A stretch of DNA of 64,000 nt from an uncultured Bdellovibrionales bacterium (lineage in GTDB: Bacteria; Patescibacteriota; Minisyncoccia; Moranbacterales; UBA2206), in assembly GCA_964538685.1 (NCBI GenBank), contig CAZIFD010000003.1, forward strand, positions 757-64,756, read 5' to 3'. Position numbers and translations under genes: made by a program. Shown in pieces: positions 60,044 through 64,000 of this stretch. The notes under the pieces are model-generated. The model made no database searches. It had not been told where the DNA came from and was given only the letters and a program-made list of their open reading frames with translations. The first letter of the stretch is position 1, and each line of letters starts with the position of its first letter.

Positions 60044-60535
60044 TTATCTCTCGCCAAGCGAGTCCTCAATTATTTTTTTATCTTTCTCAGTATCCATCTT
60101 TTCTTTGATTACTTTTTCCGTCGCCAAAGAAACCAACTCCGCCACTTCCGACTTGATTTCCCGAATAGCCCGGTTTTTTTCCTCCTCCACTTTCTTCTTA
60201 GCCGCCTCAATAATTTTTCTTGATTCTTCTTGCGTTTTTTCCATAATTTCCAACTTGGATTTTTCCGCCGTATCCTTGGCTAAATTGATCATTTCTTGAG
60301 ACTCTTTTCTAGCCTCAGCCAAAACCGTTTTTTCCTTTTCGGAAATTTCTTTCAAGTTCTTTCGGGCTTCTTCAGCATTAGTGATTCCTTTGGCTATTTT
60401 TTTGTTGCGCTCATCCAAAAAAGACAAGATTGGTTTGTAGCCGAAACGATAAAGAACAAAAACCAAAACGGCAAAATTGACGAATTGCGCCAAAAGAATT
60501 TTTAGATCAAGCCCGAGTGCATTGAAAAGCTCCAT
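60044..60535 (-). CDS. atpF: F-type ATP synthase subunit b
   Basis: N-terminal TM plus long charged helix. Confidence 0.75.
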   Translation of the reverse strand: MELFNALGLDLKILLAQFVNFAVLVFVLYRFGYKPILSFLDERNKKIAKGITNAEEARKNLKEISEKEKTVLAEARKESQEMINLAKDTAEKSKLEIMEKTQEESRKIIEAAKKKVEEEKNRAIREIKSEVAELVSLATEKVIKEKMDTEKDKKIIEDSLGER

Positions 60536-60616
60536 ATCTTTATTTCAAAAAATTTAAAAATAACCCTCTCCGACTCTCTTGGATTGCCAAAAGTGCCGGA
60601 AGATGAATATCTTTTT

Positions 60617-60859
<243 letters not shown>

Positions 60860-60889
60860 TTAATTATTAAAAATTATTTACCCACTTCA

Positions 60890-61630
60890 TTAAGCTGTTT
60901 CTGTTTCAGTTTCTGAGGCCATTGAAATGAAAACCAAAGTTAGGACTGAAAACACAAAAGCCTGAACAAAGGCAGTCAAAAGACTCAAAAACATAAACGG
61001 AATCGGAGCAAAAAACGGCAGAAGAAACATCACCACCGCTCCCAAAACTTCTCCGGCAAAAATATTTCCAAAAAGACGGAACGACAAGGAAACTATTTTA
61101 GCTGTCTCTCCAACTATATCCATTAGTCCTAAAAAAAACTTAAGCGGGCTTCTGAGGTTAATGAATTTAGTGACATAGCCAAATGGACCAGAAACATAAA
61201 TTGCCACAATTTGAACAATAATAATAGTTATCATTGTCATTACCAAAACCATTCCATAATCAGCCATCACTGCCCGAAAAATCGGAACCGAACCACCCTC
61301 TTTCAAAAGGCTAACCGCTGCTTGACCAGGAATAAAAGTGGCCAAATTGGCCAAGAGAATAAAAATAAAAAGAGTCATCACTAAAGGATAAACTCTCTTG
61401 GCCTTTTTTTTGTCTCCAACAATTGACACTACAAAATCAAATCCTCCTTCTAAAAGAAGTTCAAAAACCGATTGTAATCTTCCCGGAACGGTTTTGAGAT
61501 TGAAACGAATAATTAAAGTGAAAATTATGATAAAAGCAGACAAAAAAAGAGACCAAAAAAAGGTGTTGGTCACCGGGAAAGACCCGATATGAAACAAAAC
61601 TTCCGGAGATAGAGATATGCTTAGATTCAT
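60890..61630 (-). CDS. atpB: F-type ATP synthase subunit a
   Basis: 5-6 TM with conserved Arg in the penultimate helix (SLSFRLFGNIFAGE). Confidence 0.85.
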   Translation of the reverse strand: MNLSISLSPEVLFHIGSFPVTNTFFWSLFLSAFIIIFTLIIRFNLKTVPGRLQSVFELLLEGGFDFVVSIVGDKKKAKRVYPLVMTLFIFILLANLATFIPGQAAVSLLKEGGSVPIFRAVMADYGMVLVMTMITIIIVQIVAIYVSGPFGYVTKFINLRSPLKFFLGLMDIVGETAKIVSLSFRLFGNIFAGEVLGAVVMFLLPFFAPIPFMFLSLLTAFVQAFVFSVLTLVFISMASETETETA

Positions 61631-61635
61631 AGATT

Positions 61636-61956
61636 TTATTGCTTGTTTTCTTTTTCTGCTTCCTCCTTTTCTTTTTCTCTACCTTCGCTGTTGATTTTTT
61701 TCACTAGAGAAATTGATTTAAGAGTGATTTTTCGCGATTTTTTAATTAGCAGAATGTTGGTCACCACAAAAGCTATTCCCAAACCTATCAACATACAAAT
61801 AGGTTTGCTTCCAAAAATTCTATCCAACCAATAGCCTATTCCCAAAAATATAACGAGCGGAGCGAAAACTGCTGCGCTACTGTATGACATCACCTCCAGC
61901 ATTATTTTCCAAAATTGATTGTCTTTCGGAGTCATATTTTTTCTTGAATTGCTCAA
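61636..61956 (-). CDS. AtpZ/AtpI-like small membrane protein at the head of the atp operon
   Basis: 106 aa, 2 TM, charged C-terminus. Confidence 0.45.
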   Translation of the reverse strand: MSNSRKNMTPKDNQFWKIMLEVMSYSSAAVFAPLVIFLGIGYWLDRIFGSKPICMLIGLGIAFVVTNILLIKKSRKITLKSISLVKKINSEGREKEKEEAEKENKQ

Positions 61957-62045
61957 TCAACACAATCTATTATGAAGCCTCAGAAAAAAAAAGTCAAGAT
62001 TTGAAAATCCGACCTTTTTCAACTACTTTTTAAAAAAATTCCCCT

Positions 62046-62873
62046 CTAATCCCAACTAAATAGCTTCTTGGCATTATTGGAAGTTGCCTCGGCTACCTCG
62101 GAAATTTCCATTCCTCTAACTTTAGCTATCTTTTCAACCACTTTTTCCACATAAAGCGGTTCGTTTCTTTTACCCCGAAACGGAACTGGCGTAAGATAAG
62201 GACAATCGGTTTCCGTCAAAAAATATTTGAGATCAATATTTTTTAACACTTCTTCATAAACATCAGTGAAGGTAATAATACCATTAAATCCTAAATGAAA
62301 ACCCAGTTCAGCAGTGTAGATTTCAGCTTGCTTCAAATTTCCCGTAAAGCAATGCATCACCCCCCTCAATTTTTCACTGTATTCATTTTTCTTTTTTCGT
62401 AAAATTTCAATCGTATCTTTATGCGCCTCTCTACAATGAACGATGATCGGCAAATCCAACTCTAATGCCAAATCAATTTGTTCGGCAAAAACTTTTTTCT
62501 GAAGTTCCGTATTGTCCGAAGCGTGAAAATAGTCAAGACCAATTTCACCAATCGCCACCACTTTTTTGTTTTTTGCCAACTCGCGATATTTTTCCTTGTC
62601 ATATTCTTCCGGCTTCGGCTGAAATTTAGCCGTTTCCATTTCATCAATCTTTGCCAAAAATTCTCGGCTATCAAGATGAGCCGGATGGAGACCAACTGCT
62701 GCCAAAACGCCTTCCGGATATTTTTTGGCCATTTCAACTGCCCGAGCGCTGGTTCTCAGCTCTGACCCGACATTGATCATCCAAATCCCATTATCCAAAG
62801 CGCGCCTAATCACCGATTCTTGATCGTCTTTGAAAGCGTTAAAATTTACATGGGCATGAGTGTCAATTAACAT
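62046..62873 (-). CDS. tatD: TatD family metal-dependent hydrolase (DNase)
   Basis: MLIDTHAHVNF start and conserved His/Asp/Glu. Conserved metG-tatD order. Confidence 0.9.
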   Translation of the reverse strand: MLIDTHAHVNFNAFKDDQESVIRRALDNGIWMINVGSELRTSARAVEMAKKYPEGVLAAVGLHPAHLDSREFLAKIDEMETAKFQPKPEEYDKEKYRELAKNKKVVAIGEIGLDYFHASDNTELQKKVFAEQIDLALELDLPIIVHCREAHKDTIEILRKKKNEYSEKLRGVMHCFTGNLKQAEIYTAELGFHLGFNGIITFTDVYEEVLKNIDLKYFLTETDCPYLTPVPFRGKRNEPLYVEKVVEKIAKVRGMEISEVAEATSNNAKKLFSWD

Positions 62874-62922
62874 ACTTTTTTTATCCCTGTTTTTATAAGA
62901 ATAAACTTCGGTGGGAACTGGC

Positions 62923-63213
62923 TCATTTAATTATATTGAAATATAAATCATTCCAATTGGGATTATCTTTTTCAATCAATTTTATCTTCCAACTTCTATT
63001 CCATTTTTTAAGTTGTTTTTCTCTAGTGATAGCCGAATTAATATAGTCTGCTTGCTCATAATATACTAATTTGTGTACATTGTATTTTTTTGTGAAACCA
63101 TCCGCTAATTTTTCTCTATGTTCTTGAATTCTCTTGATTAAATTTGAAGTTACTCCGATGTATAAGGTACTGTTTCTTTGATTAGTTAAAATATAAACGA
63201 AATAGCTTTTCAT
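62923..63213 (-). CDS. GIY-YIG family nuclease (96 aa)
   Basis: FVYILTN...LYIGVTSNLIKRIQEHR...E...KQLKKW. Confidence 0.75.
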   Translation of the reverse strand: MKSYFVYILTNQRNSTLYIGVTSNLIKRIQEHREKLADGFTKKYNVHKLVYYEQADYINSAITREKQLKKWNRSWKIKLIEKDNPNWNDLYFNIIK

Positions 63214-63225
63214 TAAACTTTTCCA

Positions 63226-63333
63226 CTGGATTCCCAGTCAAGCTGGGAATGACATAAAAAAATTAAAATTAGCCAGTAGACATTTGGAAATGAGATTTAT
63301 CTTGTTGTCATTCCTGCGAAAGCGGGAATCCAG
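63226..63333. repeat. REP-like palindromic element (CTGGATTCCCAGTCAAGCTGGGAATGACA ... TGTCATTCCTGCGAAAGCGGGAATCCAG), 13 bp upstream of the GIY-YIG start
   Basis: Same hairpin-unit family as 57003..57080, with the units in swapped order. Confidence 0.75.
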
Positions 63334-63341
63334 TCATTTGA

Positions 63342-64000
63342 TTATATTTTTTCCAAAAAACCGGAAGTGTTTATCCGCGGAAAAAGAATTTTCGCTTCTT
63401 TGGTTTCAATCGCTTTTTTAATTTTCAGAGAAGTTTCAGGAAGATAAATCTTTATTTTATGGGAAATATATAAAAGTCCTTCAATTAAATGCTTCATCAT
63501 GGCATCAAATTTAACTTTGTCATTCTTTAATATCTCCCAAGGTTTATTATCTTCAATATATTTATCCATATCTCTAATATGAACCATAATATAATTTATA
63601 TCCAAATCAAATCTTAAGTCAGCTATATTTTTAAGCAACTCTTTATTGTCTTCAGAAAAAACAACTTCTTTATTTCTAGTAATATCAAAAACGGTATCCG
63701 TTTTTTTATATAAAGTAATTATTCTGCTTGTGAGGTTACCAATGCCATTCGCCAGATCCGCATTATATTTTTCGGTAAATTTTTCCCACGAAACATCCCA
63801 ATCTTCTCCGAAAGCTCCGGAAGATAAAAGCAAATAGCGCGTGCCGTCCGTTCCGAATTTTTCCACCATCTCATTGGGAGAAATGACATTCCCCAATGAC
63901 TTGCTCATTTTTTGGCCGTTGACATTGATGAAACCATTCACAAAAACTTGTTTGGAGTTGGGAAGCTCAGTTGCCAAAAGCATCGCCTGCCACATTCCGG
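63342..64000 (-). CDS. metG: Methionine--tRNA ligase (C-terminal portion; the 5' end lies beyond the window)
   Basis: KMSKS motif and class I anticodon-binding region. The ORF is open at the window edge. Confidence 0.85.
   Translation of the reverse strand, partial: GMWQAMLLATELPNSKQVFVNGFINVNGQKMSKSLGNVISPNEMVEKFGTDGTRYLLLSSGAFGEDWDVSWEKFTEKYNADLANGIGNLTSRIITLYKKTDTVFDITRNKEVVFSEDNKELLKNIADLRFDLDINYIMVHIRDMDKYIEDNKPWEILKNDKVKFDAMMKHLIEGLLYISHKIKIYLPETSLKIKKAIETKEAKILFPRINTSGFLEKI

Overview
Low-GC, gene-dense bacterial segment with a streamlined Patescibacteria/CPR-like character (inference from gene content and compactness). Most genes are on the minus strand. Contents in order: (1) gatA (partial), gatC, NAD-dependent DNA ligase ligA. 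(2) A complete 11-kb type IV pilus operon: pilM, pilN, pilO, pilB, a REC-only response regulator, pilT, pilC, major pilin, prepilin peptidase pilD, three pseudopilins and a LamG-domain minor pilin. It sits next to comF. (3) A marR - RND efflux adaptor - RND permease operon with a perfect 18-bp palindromic operator. (4) Quinone reductase, TspO, ZIP, SulP. (5) About 9 kb of accessory DNA (27.1-36.4 kb) bounded on one side by a pair of tRNA-Ser genes. Within it, a 6.4-kb block is flanked by 95-bp direct repeats. This block carries lexA, a BcgI-like fused PD-(D/E)xK-endonuclease/N6A-methyltransferase gene, a NYN nuclease, two small membrane/coiled-coil genes, an HsdS-like specificity gene, a candidate antisense sRNA and a GIY-YIG pseudogene. 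Beyond the block lie two AbrB/SpoVT-like regulator genes, one translationally coupled to a candidate HEPN-like toxin, and a DinD/Bro-N gene. (6) Four intact tRNAs (Arg-GCG, Arg-UCU, Lys-CUU, His-GUG) plus tRNA-Glu. Two of them are preceded by duplicated 5' tRNA fragments whose D-loops carry a conserved, covarying 41-43-nt hairpin insert. One such duplication encloses a GIY-YIG ORF. (7) Cell-wall genes: class IV aminotransferase, VanW, ddl, VanX-like dipeptidase. (8) recG, tsaD, hsp20, mntH, leuS, a complete F1Fo ATP synthase operon, tatD and metG (partial). A family of self-palindromic REP-like hairpins (TGTCATTCCCGCGAAAGCGGGAATC) occurs as two inverted-pair elements. No rRNA or CRISPR array was seen.
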